DNA from: Eledone cirrhosa
Lineage: Eukaryota
DNA: 64,000 nt
Direction of reading: 5' to 3'
Assembly: GCA_964016885.1 (NCBI GenBank)
Contig: OZ024742.1
Coordinates: 48,980,001-49,044,000, forward strand
In this document: positions 12,398 to 26,049 of the stretch, piece by piece
How positions within the stretch are numbered: position 1 is the stretch's first letter
How the letters are laid out: each line of letters opens with the position of its first letter
Position numbers and translations under genes: made by a program
The notes under the pieces: model-generated
What the model was told of the DNA's origin: nothing
The model's input: the letters and a program-made list of their open reading frames with translations, nothing else
Database searches by the model: none

Positions 12398-13662
12398 GTG
12401 TGTATATATGTTGTTTCTCTTCTCTGTGTCTCACATTCTCTCTTTCATTCTTCAAAATTTCATTTTAATCTTCCTCGTTTTTTAACTAGCTTGTTTTCAT
12501 TCTTATTCTTATTTTCTACTATTCCTACTTTTGGGCATTTCTTTTTGTATACCGGTTATGTCTTAAATGAATAATCATTGAACCCTTTTGTTACAGTATT
12601 TATAATGAAATATGCTGCCTATGTGTTGTAATCGATTTTGAAAATAACGAACATTTTGGATGAATTTAATAAAGTTTTTCGTTTGTAAACGAATATTTAG
12701 TGTATGACTTTACCTAGATTTCAAAATATAATTATGATGGAAGGTTTTAATATGGAGATAAAATTATTTTTTCTGTGCAGTTATGTATAATAAACCGGTA
12801 ATTTCTGGCGATTTAATTTTAAAAAGATGAACGTTACTGCATTACCACATATTTGGTAGGAAGAAAAATAATGAAACGATTGCTGAAATCCTTAAATGCA
12901 TCCAAATATGATTTTACATGAATAACCAAGTAGGAGACTTCTGCGTGGTCGATCGACATCACTGTGTTTTAAATTAGAACAAATTGAAACAAATCTACGT
13001 AAAAAGTGACATAATAGTTTGTGTAGATGAATATCCATTATAACAGAGGGAGGAGATGAATATCCATTATAACAGAGGGAGGGAACGATGTCATAGTCAC
13101 CTTCAGAACGCTCTCAGTCCTATGTTTAACGCATCGGAACTGAGTTGGTGCTAAAGAAAAATCAACTGAATATTGTCAATTATTTCATCAGTATATCTCT
13201 ATATATAAAAAAGGAAAACGAAAGAATGTATGATGAAAGAAAGAAAGAAAAAAGGTAGAAAGAACGTGAAAAGAGAAACTTAGATAGAAAGGAAAAGAAA
13301 GAAATTTTTTTTAAAATGAAAGAAGAATATGAAGAGAGAAAATAAAGTAAAAGAGAAAAAAAAAGAAAAAATTATAGTAAAAAAAAACGAAAGAAATTAA
13401 CGTAATGTTGGAAAAATATTTCGACCATGTTCTAGGTTGAAACATAACCAACTCACTATCGATAATTTTCTACTGGTATGTCTCCCATCTTACTTACATA
13501 CAACAATATACCAGACAGTGTTTCGGTAGTTGTGTTTGTTGTTTTTATCTGTTCTTTTAAGTGAGGTTTATATACGAATCTATTTTCTTATTAACCTTTC
13601 CAAGATTCACTTGTTTACGACGCTCTCTCTCCCTCTCTCATTTTACTATTTGCTTCACTAAC

Positions 13663-14289
<627 letters not shown>

Positions 14290-14529
14290 GACCTCTCTTC
14301 CTTCTCTCTTAAGTGATTTTCATGTTTTGTCCCGTTACTACTCTAAGTGCTATTTTTTTTTCTTTCTTTCTGTCTTGCATGTTTCATTCCATCCGATGTT
14401 TGGCATCAGTGTGTGAAGAAGTGCATTCTATTTGTGTCAAACTATATCTCTAATACATTTATGTACTTCTTATATATTCTACTTACTAATTTTCTTAACA
14501 TCATATCAACTCTTGCTTTTTCATTTACC

Positions 14530-15105
14530 CCGTCATCACCACAATCACCATGGCTACCAACACCAACGAAACATCAGCCATAAACACATCTACCGCCACC
14601 AAATAAATAATCATAAGCACCTCCAAAACAACTACCACTGCCACCAAAACAACAAATATAACCATCACAACTATTACCAAACAACAACCATAAATACAGC
14701 TACCACTACCACTATTACTATCACCGCCAACAATAACTACAGCTACCATTACCACTAAGAAATCAGCTCACAATCACCACTACTACCACCACCAAAACAA
14801 CACAATCACCAAAACACCATCAAACAACAACTATAAGCACAGCTACCACCTTCAAAACAACAAACATTACCACAACTAACAATACCAAAACCACAATCAT
14901 AACAACAACTACCATCTCTATTATCATTATTACCGCCAAAACAGCAACCTTAGTAACAACTGCCCCCCCCCCCTACTACCACCATTGAAACAACAACCAT
15001 AGCCAGAGTTACCACCACCATTACAACCACCAAACAACACTAAACAAAATCCAACGCAGTCACCATAACTACCACTACCAAAATAACAACCATAACCACT
15101 ACTTT
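14530..15105. repeat. Degenerate (CAC/CAA/TAC)n low-complexity tract
   Basis: Strong A/C strand bias and trinucleotide periodicity. Confidence 0.8.
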
Positions 15106-15531
15106 GAACACACAAGAATACTTTAGCAATAGGCTGATTCAAGCTTGAGAATTGAATGATAACGATTGACATGGCATTCAGCTATTTTCCCTCACTTTTT
15201 TGTGTGGGTGGGTACATAAGTTTAATTTACCATGTTTATCATCAATCAGAGAGTCCGGCAAATTTCTTGGCTTTTGTAATAGCCCTGAAGATATAATTAG
15301 ACACTATGTTCTGTTAACTAGGATGAGAAATAAACTAGAATGTTTTCATATTTTTTTTTACCAAGCCGACATTACAGATTAAACCAAGCCTTGTAAGATC
15401 ACGAGTTTTTGTGAGAAACCTTTTGCAATTTTGTTCTGGTTCTTTGCGTTTGAGATCATACCCTGCCAAGATCAACTTTGCATGTCATCCTTCTCTGATC
15501 GATAAAATAAATTAATTTAGAAAGCGTAAAG

Positions 15532-15725
15532 GTTGGCGCATTGGCAGAATCGGTAGAAGCTCGGACAAATTTCATTTTGGTATTTGTAGGAATCTTATAT
15601 GGTCAGAGTTCAAATCCTACCATGAACAACTTCACTGTTCTTCCTTTCGAGCTTGATAAATAAACAACCTTTCAATTGCTGGTTTCGATTTAATCAAATA
15701 ACTTGTTTACCTAGAGCTGTGGCCC
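15532..15725 (+). mobile_element. tRNA-derived SINE, diverged copy
   Basis: A-box TGGCAGAATCGG, B-box GAGTTCAAATCC, diverged CCTTTCGAGCTTGATAAATAAA body. Confidence 0.65.
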
Positions 15726-15944
15726 ATTAATATACCACAGCTAGATGGGTGTTGATTGGCAAAATGCGGCTCTATTAGAAACCCAGGTTGCCCGATTGTA
15801 CGTGTTTGCTAAATTAACTCCGTAACCACATAGACATTCCCCCACCTGTCAGCACAGCCATATATATATATATGTAAATATGTATGTATATATATATGTA
15901 TGTATGCTTGTGTATATATATATATATAATCATGTTTCTACACG

Positions 15945-16010
<66 letters not shown>

Positions 16011-17121
16011 TGGGTGTATAATGTACGTCTGCACGTGTTTATGAATCAAACTCCAGTTTACTACGCAAAAATTATGTGGAATGTCGAGCGCAAATACGGT
16101 TAGTCATGTGTCTTTTCCTTAAGGAGAAAAAAGAAAAGAAAGGACCAAAACCTAAAGTAGCACTAATTGGTACGATCTGATTGGCCTAAAACGATATGGC
16201 ATTTAAATAAAAAGAATGTATGAATCTGTTAGCAAGCAAACCTAACATAAACATGCCAAGTAACATTTAAAGTTTCGATTTAATTTTTCTTGGAATAAAC
16301 ATATCCAGTGATACGATTTTATGAGACTTTTTACGGAATATTTTGATCTGATTCTTTATCAAAATATTTATGTATGCCTTAGGGAGATGAAGAGCTAACT
16401 ATAGCCTGTCTAATGAAAAATAATTAAAACATAGTTACTATTAGGTGCGCAGCAATCATCCCTAGAATCAACGGGCTATGACTTTTCTAGAATACTTTTA
16501 ATCCAGGAGCTATAGATAATTTCAAGAAATCCCTGTCCTGGCAGTACTACCGTGCCATTTTGTGATAACCTCTACAGGCAAGGAAATGCCGTCTGCTAGG
16601 CTTATCTGAGATTTGAATTTATTTCGAAAAGCTTTCTTTAGCTACGAACACCGGGCAATTTTTTATGTCATTTGAATAAAGCGAAAGATGGTGTTTTTGA
16701 GAAAATTACAAAAGATGAGAACACATTTTCCTTTTCGAAAAGCCCTAGTAGAATGTTTCAACTTTCATTTGAAAAAGAAATTGAGGGTAAAGAGAGACGT
16801 GCTGCATTCCAGCAAGTTTGTTGAAAGTAGATGTGAATGGCGAGGTTGGTCCAAATAAACGGTCCTGCTCTGAGTATACAACCGTAGATTGTAGGGGGAA
16901 AATGGGAGAAGGCACATGCTTTAGTTGTCAAGTTCAGCACTGATTTTTATGGGTTTTGTTCGTGTAGCCTTCTCAAATCACCTGTCCCCTTATTAGTGAA
17001 CTCTCTTTGGTTTTATTATTACCCACATTGGTTTTGTCTCCATTATTTCACTTTTCTACATGTTACCGTATACCGCACACGATAGTTTTATAATCTCATA
17101 TGATTAATAAAATGATTTGCT

Positions 17122-17302
17122 TTGTGGCTTAGTCTTTCGATCCTTTACGGTCTGAGTTCAAGTCCTGCCGTGGTTAGCTTTGCCTTTCATCCTTACAGTG
17201 TCGATAAATAAAGCACCAGTAATGCACTGTGGTGGAATTAATCGTCTTTCCCTCCCACCAAAATTGCTGGATTTGTACCTAAATCCGAAATCATTATTAT
17301 TA
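17122..17302 (+). mobile_element. tRNA-derived SINE, 5'-truncated
   Basis: GAGTTCAAGTCC B-box, TTTGCCTTTCATCCTTACAGTGTCGATAAATAAAGCACCAG body, (TTA)n tail. Confidence 0.75.
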
Positions 17303-19105
17303 TTGTTTTTGTCTCTGAACGTCTGCTTGCGATCCCTAAGGTTTTTTTTATTACATCCATTTATAATGTTTTTTTTTTATTGTTGTTATAAAAGGAGTAT
17401 ATATGGCTTTAGTCTATTCCCTGAAGAATGGATTCCTCATAATATTTGAGACCTGTGCACAAATAAATGAACTTTAAATTTGAAATTGTGCTGTAAGTTT
17501 TTTTTTATATAAAGAAAATTGAGGTAACACCCTTTCTAACTCGAGAATATTCTCGATAAAAGCGTGCGTCACGAAAGTGATTCGGAGGGCACTTTGAAGA
17601 GAAACAACAACGTAAACCCCACAACTAGCAACGCCACCTTCGCCAGCAAAAAGAGCAGCAACGACAGCCTTGGTGGAGGTGGTGGCAGCGACAACAATGG
17701 CAGCAACACCGGCAACGACAATATGAACATATGAAGCGCTAGCTGTAGCCAGGATAGTAGCAACAACAACATTTGCCACAATGGCAATACCAATAAAAAC
17801 AACTGCAACGTGAAACAAGATTACTTTTGCAGCCACAGCTACAAAAGCTCAAACTTTATACATGGTTGACTTAACTGAAAAGAAAAAGCGTTTGGCCCAG
17901 GCGGAAAAAAACTCATCGCCAGATAAAAAAAAAACTGGAACAACTTAAACGTATTCGCAGAAGTAATGGCAGCGACGGAGAGGAGAACTTTAAAATATAA
18001 AGGCATTGCGGTGCTCACAATCTCTCCCTTTCCTCATTTCACACACAGAAACACACCATCTACTCACACACTCACACAACAACACCAATCTGAGTGAAAT
18101 GTCTCAGATACAGAAACTTCTTCCTCTCTGCGAGAGGAGAAGTCCGAAACAAAATAGAAACATAAACGCTGCTAGGGAAATTACCTGTTAATTAATGAGA
18201 AACAAGCCTACGAGCTAAGTTACTTTGACCGAGTCACTCGAAACCATCGTAATATCGAAGTTACTTGGACGATTTTTTTCTAGTCCAAAAACGACCATTA
18301 AATTCTATAATAGTTCTTCTAGTTGCTATAACAATATCTATTTCTTGTTTAATAATATTGGTAAAGTCTAACATAATTAAAAAAATGCTTCATTAAGGAG
18401 AGTAAAAGAAAGGGAAGCGTAGTAGTTGTCGATATCAAGCTATAAGAATTTAACTTTATTCTCATTAATAGACCACTCAATAACCAATAAGTTAAGTTCA
18501 GTTCTCTGATATCGGGAATAATTTTATCCAGATATTCTTACTTATTCTTCCTATATACGAAGTTGAAGGCCATATTAATCTAATTGAAGGGTTATTTATT
18601 AAGCCTGTTTATGGTATTTAAGGCTAAACTAGGGGTTTCATGTGTATAAGGTTCTGTGTATTTTCCAGATATAGTTGTTTCACAATAGTTCAACCTTGCC
18701 TATTGATTTCAGTTACGTTAGCTTTATTAGATTTTTTTTTGTAGTTTTTATTTAGGTCTTTGTAAATGAATGATATACTTACAATCCATATTGTATATCG
18801 TTTTAGATTTAGTACATGCATTTTCTTCTGTTTTAAAAATAGTAATTGTAGTATTTTTTTTTCAAGAAAGAGTTATAATATTTGTAAGTTTTTTTTTTTA
18901 TTTAATATTTTTTATCATATAAAACAAATCATTTCCAAATTTACCCAACATAACATATTATCCGAATCTATAAGGTGGAGTTTTCTTGTTATTGTTTTCT
19001 TTGCAGTTATTCTGCTTTTCATGAAAAAAAGATATTCCATCGTACACGTCAGATAAATGAATTAATGTTATTAATAACGTATTATTTGTATTATTTAACG
19101 ATACG

Positions 19106-19297
19106 GGCGTTAGATTGGGAGTATCGGTAGAGGGTCGGATGTCATGCCTTGCAGCATAGCGTTACGCACTTTACTGTCTGAGTTCAAATCCCGCAGAGGT
19201 TAACTTTGCCTTTCATGCTTATGGGGTCGATAAAATAAAGTACCAGTAATGCACTGAGATAACTGCTGGGCTTGTGTCAAAAATAGAAACAATTATT
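19106..19297 (+). mobile_element. tRNA-derived SINE
   Basis: Matches the copies at 43398 and 48726; A/B boxes; GGTTAACTTTGCCTTTCAT..GGGGTCGATAAAATAAAGTACCAG. Confidence 0.85.
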
Positions 19298-19555
19298 TAA
19301 CGATACTGAAGAATTCAAAACAGAGGAATAAAATAGAACTTCATTCTCTATTTGAAAGAAACGCGTATAAATGAATTAAATAATGTATATAAATTCATTT
19401 CATATACTATCGGTGATGTAAAACTTCTATGAATGAAAATGTTCAAATCGGATTAAATTCTGAACTGACTTTTGCAAATAATACTGGGGATAATAAAATC
19501 ACATTCGAGGTTTGAATAACTCTGTGTCTTATATAGTTGTATTATCAACTCATCA

Positions 19556-19633
<78 letters not shown>

Positions 19634-19685
19634 GCTGTTGAAACGCCAGGAGTTCAGCCGTCGTGGTCCCGAATCTTATATATCT

Positions 19686-19735
<50 letters not shown>

Positions 19736-20683
19736 AATAGTAGAAAGGTAACACACGAGTTGATATATATAAAAACAAATAGTAGAAAGGAGAAACATTT
19801 TTTTCTGTAAATGTTGAAGAGATATTTTTGGGGAAATTTCAAAAGATTAATTTATTTACAATACCAGTTTCAGCATTAAATGCATTGTCAATTGCAGATA
19901 TGCAGAATATTGTTAAGTTGCATATTTGTACAAATAGTGAAAAATAATGATAATAAAATAATGATAATAAAATTAAAAAAAGAGAAAAGAAATATATAGA
20001 GATGCTAAGAAAAGTTAATTTCCACATACGTGGTCCTTCAGAGAAGAAAGTCATTTTGTCAGTCCATCTTTCTCTGCTAATGGGGAGAAGCAGGAGGGGG
20101 AGGAGGTAGGAGATGGTTGTTGTGGCTGCAGACGATGTGTGACCCTTTGAATAGTGGATACAAGGTTTGGCTGGTATTGGTTAGAAAGGATGGGTCACGT
20201 TAGAGTTGACCGGGAGGGGCTTCTAAAACTATCTATCTTGGTATTTTTTCTGAGAAGAAATCAACATTGATCTTGTTTTTTTGCCACAAAGAAGATTTAG
20301 AGTTATTGAAATATTAATTCCATCCCTAGCAGGAATTTTAGATTTAGGGGGATGGAGAAAATTTTGCTACAAAGAGGGGTTCTGAGCCACTGGAATACCC
20401 ATTCTATCTTCAATAGAAGCTTCCAGATTCAGGGGATTGTAAAGCATTTAGTTTGGGGCCTGAATGTTTCCATTTAGCCTATTATCTTCGTGAAAGTCCT
20501 CCAGGACTTGCTGATGTGGGTTTACTATGTGGTTGGTTGGTCTACATTATATAGTTCTCAGAGGTTGCTGGAATCTTGGTGAAGGTACATTGCTAAAGGG
20601 TTAATATGTCTTGGGTGTTGATTTTAAAGTGTACCAGCTTTGGTTTAGTCCGAAGTTAAAGTGTACCAGCTTTGGTTTAGACC

Positions 20684-21065
20684 TGCCATAGAGTGAATAT
20701 TTGGTCAGTTATGCTGCATCCGAGGCGAAAACCGCACTGTCCTCAGTTAGCTTGTTCTCGACAATCTCCCTTCATCTCTTTTTGCAAACACTTAGCATAA
20801 ACTTTACATGAGAGGCTTAACAAGGACATCCCTCTATAATTGGATCAATCTCTCTTGTCTCGTATTTTGAAAATTGAGATAATCACTCCCGATTGCCATT
20901 ACTTCGGTGCCTTTCCAGGTATCCAGGTTACCAGGCAAATATGAGTCAGCCAGAGAATACTTTCCCTATTTAAGGATTTTATAATATTCTGCCGGACTTC
21001 ATCTGCCCCAGCAGCCTTGCCACATTTGAGCTCTTTCATTGCTCTTGTAACCCGAGAAATTATTC
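20684..21065 (-). pseudogene. RTE-clade LINE reverse transcriptase fragment
   Basis: Manual translation with stops: MKELKCGKAAGADEV..WQSGVIISIFK..NYRGMSLLSLSCKVYAK..CGFRLGCSITDQIFTL. Confidence 0.75.
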
Positions 21066-21859
21066 AGTGCACCCATATGCACTTATGTGCACCAGAAGTT
21101 GCTGTTGTGATTGGGTTTGGGGGATCAACAATGTTTTCTCTCCACCTCAGGAAGACGCACCTCTCTTAAGAGAAGAGAACCCCAGAGAGGTCTCTATGAG
21201 TGGTGCAAGTTTATGCATCACACACAGAGACAAATCTTCCAGCGTAAGCTTCAAGAGGCAAATCCTCCCTTCTAATGGTATCCACTCCATAGCATATTCT
21301 GAGTATCCCAACTCCTATCGGTGCAGGTAATTTTGGTGCTACACCTGAAAAGTATAGTTTCCATCCTCAGTCGAAATGTATATAGTACCTGAGTCATAGA
21401 ATGTTGTTGAGGAAACCACGACTATATTTTGTTGAGGAAACCATCACTATGTTTATCCGGTAGCATCAAGTTGACTCCCCTAGTTCCTGCTCCTAACAGT
21501 ATGGGCTGTGATGATCAAAGCTCCAATTGTCAAGGTTTGCACCCTTCCCAAATCTCTTAGGGGTCAGTGGTATGGAATCTTTGCGCATCTATACGAATAC
21601 CTGAGTATTTGTGTTCGGATAAATGGGGCTAATTCAATGTGGGAGTTGGAGTTCACCAAGGGTGCATACTGTCACCTATCTGAACAGGATGGATATTTGC
21701 AGACGAGATGGTATTACTTAACTTGACATAAAATGAGCTCCGTATTGCACATCAGATGTTTGGTGTCGAGTGATGCATGGCTGCAATGAAAATCCCAGCT
21801 GCGAAAACTGAAGGAAGTCTGCGCAGTGCACTCTATATGAGAATGGAGTTCCACTGAAG

Positions 21860-22300
21860 CAGGTGGAGATGCGCAAGTATCCCAGGGCCGTATTCATGTC
21901 TGATGGAAAGAAGGAGGCTGAATTATATGCAAGAATTGCATGGGCGGGTACAGTAATGCGCCAGCTTCAGCATTAGGTATTGAGAAGAAGCGAAGTATGT
22001 GTAAAAGCGAAAGTCTATATTCGTATAAACTCTTACCTATAGTCGCGAATCTTGGATAATTGGCCGAAGGAATACGATCGTGAATACAAGTGGCCCGAAT
22101 GGGGTCCCTTCGAAGGGTCTTTGAAGTAATGTTATTCGATAGACTCGCTACTACTCAGTATTGAAAGACCAGAGCTCCGAAACTATGTGCATGTGGTTAG
22201 AATGTCCCAGGAAAGAATCGCTGAACAGATTTTACGGGCAAAAGCAACTGATAGGAGTCACAGGGATAGACACTGAGCAAGATGTAATAAGTGGCCGATT
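21860..22300 (+). pseudogene. RTE-clade LINE 3' fragment ending at (TAA)n
   Basis: Manual translation: DGKKEAELYARIAWAGTVMRQL..KAKVY..TLTYSRESW..; typical RTE thumb region. Confidence 0.6.
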
Positions 22301-22301
<1 letters not shown>

Positions 22302-22365
<64 letters not shown>

Positions 22366-22378
22366 TGATGATAATGAT
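22302..22378. repeat. (TAA)n/(TGA)n microsatellite at the 3' junction of the Tx1/L1 element
   Basis: Direct reading. Confidence 0.95.
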
Positions 22379-22625
22379 TTCTTTATTAACCACAAGGGTT
22401 TACATAAAGTAGACATTAGGGACAGTGCAGGACAATACAGGACGGTACAAATGGGCATTTCTGCGTGTAAAAAACAAAAACAGAGGATGTAACAAAAAAT
22501 AACAATGAAAAATTCCCCAATAGGGGGGAGACTTCGGAGGGACATTTGTGGAGAAAGCCCAGTAAAAGGCCACAATAACCCTAACCACCAAGGCAAGTGC
22601 CCTCTCCCAGTTTTCCACCTTTAAT

Positions 22626-25600
22626 TTACAGATATATACTCAGAGTAGGCCCATTCACTCGGGCCATTCTTGCTTCTCTCACCCATCTTTCAACAAAATG
22701 CAGGGAAGAGAGCACTTCCCTCTCTACTCTGATTTTCCTTTTCAAATGAAATTTGAAAAAGTCAATCAGAGCATCACCGAAGAGGTAAGTGCTCGTCTTC
22801 AGCCCTTTCAAACGTGTCCACCTTACTATCTCTTTCGCCATGGCCACCAGACAGATAAAAAGTGCCTGCCCTTCCCGGCTAAAGGAGGAGGGCGGGGCAA
22901 TCCTCACGATGGACTCAGATGATAGCCGGATCCGTCCTAAATGCGACAGCAGGTGTTCGACATAAACCCACAAGTCAGCAATTTTCGGACACTGGACGAG
23001 TGCGTGCAGGACGGTTTCGTCGGCCTGCGCGCATCTCGGACATGCCCTGCTGACGGCACCTCCATGCCTGTAGAGTTTATCCCGAACTGGCAAGGCTCCT
23101 CGGTAGCACTGCCAGGCCAGAGATTTCTGGAAGTTGTCCATAGGCCCTGGCCCGAAAGTTCTTCCGAAGAGATTGGCTAGTTGATTTTCGTCGACGCCTA
23201 GAGTTTCCCCAAGTACGTCGTCGCTCTTCCCCTCCACTAATCCTCTATAGAACGCCGACGTGGAGTTTCCACCGATCACATTGCCCGATTGGTCGAGGGC
23301 TGTGAGCGCCTGAAGACATTCCAGTCTCCAGGCGCTCCCTCTCGGTCTTCGCTTGACCCAGGACTGCAGCTCCGTCAAGAAAGCGAGCTGGGAAAATACG
23401 TGTCTAGCAAACGGCGACCACACCTGATCACCATCGAGGAAGAGGTAGAGAGGTCATAGCCTGAGCGCGTGCCTGCGCATCATCAGCCACGGCATGCCCA
23501 GCCCTCCACGTAGCGGGTGTTGACAACAGATGGACCGCCTGACCATCGGAGCGCGTCCCTTCCACAAAAAGCGAAAGAGCAAACGCTCCAGCGCAGTCAG
23601 GCGAGGCTTAGGACAAGGTACGACGGTCAGGCGGTAGCAAATGACAGACGTGATGTACGCGTTAGCCACTTCCTCTCGGCCCATTTCTGGGTGAGAGAAG
23701 CCACCCTGCTCGTCACCTCGTCCCAGTTTTTGTCCGTCTGGAGGTCCGGACCGAACCAGACCCCTAGCAATTTAAACGGTCCGTCCGTCCAGCGTCCGAC
23801 GACGCTGTTGGACGGCATGGACCTGCCTCTCCAGGTGCCGAGCTGCAGGCCTACTGACTTTTCCTGGTTGATCATTGCTCCTGTCATCGCTTCGTATTCT
23901 CTTAGTGTAGTGCCGATCGCCTCGATGTGTTTGGCGTTCGACACCACTACGGTGACATCGTCCGCATATGCTGACACGGATCTTCCGCATCCTAGTTCGC
24001 GCGGGACGCCCCTCAACGTCTCCAGTTTGTGCAGTAATGGCTCGACAGTCAATACGTACAAGAGGGACGAGAGGGGACATCCTTGGTGGACCGAGCGCAC
24101 GATGTTGAACGGTTCCGACAGGTGACCGTTCACTCTCACCACAGAGCAGATGTCGCTGTGCATGGCAGCGATCCAGCCTCTGAAGACGGGCCCAAAGCCA
24201 GCCGCCCTCAGGACTGCCGTTAGGTAACGATGGTCGACCCTATCGAAAGCTTTTGACTGATCTAAATTGATCAAGGAACCACCCGTGCCAGGTTCCCTAG
24301 CTACCCTCTCTACGATGTATCGCATGAGGTGGAGATTGTCGTGGATGGATCTGTCGGGAATGGCGCATGTCTGCGCCTCTCTCACCAGACCACCAACGAC
24401 AAGCGCCAACCTCTTTGCTAGCACCTTGGCCAAAATCTTGAACTCTGTGTTTAGCAGAGTTATGGGCCGGAAATTATCTATGTTATCCCCCTTGTTCGGA
24501 TCCTTTCTCAGCAGTGCCACCGCTCCTCGGCTCACAGGACTGGGAATTCTCCCGTTCTGTTGCCAGTTGCAGTAGACGTCCGCCAAGAGGCCTCCGAACA
24601 AGTCTGGCATTTTTACGTAAAGTTCATAGGGCAGACCATCCAAACCAGGCGATTTACCCATTGTGCAGCCAGTCATTGCCTCCCTTACTTCAGCGGCTGT
24701 TATCGGCTTTTCGCAACACTTCGCCTCTGTGGCCGAGAGCCGCGGCAGTCCGTCGAGGTAACCACTAAAGTCCATCCCTCGACCCGGCCCACCGCTGCCC
24801 CCGAACAGCTGAGCGAAGTATCGCTGAAAAGCTTCACACATTTGCCCGGGATCGAGTAGCATGCGCCCGTCGTGGTCCACCAAAGACCGGATCGTGGCTT
24901 TGTTGCCACGACGCGCCTCCGCCACTCGGGCCCATTGAACGGCTTTCGTCCCCTCATGTCTGAGAGCACGCACCCTTGCTCTGACAACGCAGCCTTCGTG
25001 CTTTGCATTGAAGAATTGGTCAAGGGCCAATTTCGCCGCAAGCACGTCGGTCGCAATGCCTTTGCTAAGCGCCTCGTCTAATTTTCTAACTAGTTCTCCC
25101 TCTGCTCTATTTTTCTCTATTGCTAAAGCCTTACTAAACCTAATCGATTCTATTCTAATCGCTCTTTTCAGAGCAAATCACCACTTGTTGTTGACGATGG
25201 CCCCCGTCAACGGGCGCTTAACTAGTTCGCTAATCCGGTCTCTGTAGGCCTTGCGCGCTGGTAAGGGCGCGTTTAGCTTCCAGTAGCCGGGTCCTCGTCT
25301 ATGAAGCCTATCTAATTCAAGCACACAGATCACGAATTTGTGGTCCGTGTAGCTGACTATCTTGAATTGTGGACAGCCTAAGCTAGACCTCTCTATTTCC
25401 CTACAAAATACTCTATCTATATATGATCTGGATGACCCATTCGATTCGTCCAAGTCCACATTGGCACATTCGGGAAATCCAATCGGTACCTGTCAGAAAG
25501 TTCAAAACGCCTGAGCAGGTTGGTGAGGCTCTTGCACCCTCCACCCCTATCCGCTAATCCCACACAGTCCCAGCGTGCATCTAAGATCCCGTTCCAGTCG

Positions 25601-26010
25601 CCCACTAACACTAAAGAGCTGGACGTTCCCAGAAAGGTCTCCAGACGCCGGAAGAAATCAGGCATCCTTGCTCCTGTCGGGGCATAGACGGCCACTAACC
25701 TGAAAGCTTGCCGGTTTACGCTGGTCACGTCCAGCACCACCAACTTACCCTCTGGGTCCAGGAAGATGGCGATATCCAAACCTCTCCGAAAAACACAGCA
25801 ACTCCTTTCCCCCAATCCAGGACGGCTGGGAGATGCGTACACATCGTAGCCGCCGAAGATCGGTGCGAAGGCCCGTGCTCCGGAGATTCTGGTCTCGCTG
25901 ATGGCCACTACATCTATGTTTAGTGACCTGAGGTCGTTGAGCAGGTGACCCTGCTTCAATGACGACCCCAAGCCACGCGCATTTATGCTGCCTATTCTGA
26001 GTGAGGTCAT
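22626..26010 (-). pseudogene. ORF2: apurinic-like endonuclease + reverse transcriptase + C-terminal zinc knuckle, split into five frames
   Basis: APE motifs IGSINARGL, SETR, AVYAP, VGDWN, YIDR, YTDH, WKLN; RT motifs KSPGLDG, FRPITLLN, NLDQSKAFDRV, QGCPLS, AYADD; CPRC..ETVLHALVQC. Confidence 0.92.
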
Positions 26011-26049
26011 GTTTAAAATAGAGTGGAAAAGATGGGAAAGACCACTTAC

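Noticed and set aside
17560-17836. Ala/Val-rich 120-aa ORF
   Set aside because: Derived from a degenerate (GCA/ACA)n low-complexity tract.
17880-18190. Possible host exon or promoter (minus-strand CAG/GTAATT donor-like site near 18185)
   Set aside because: A single splice-like motif without a supporting reading frame or transcript evidence.
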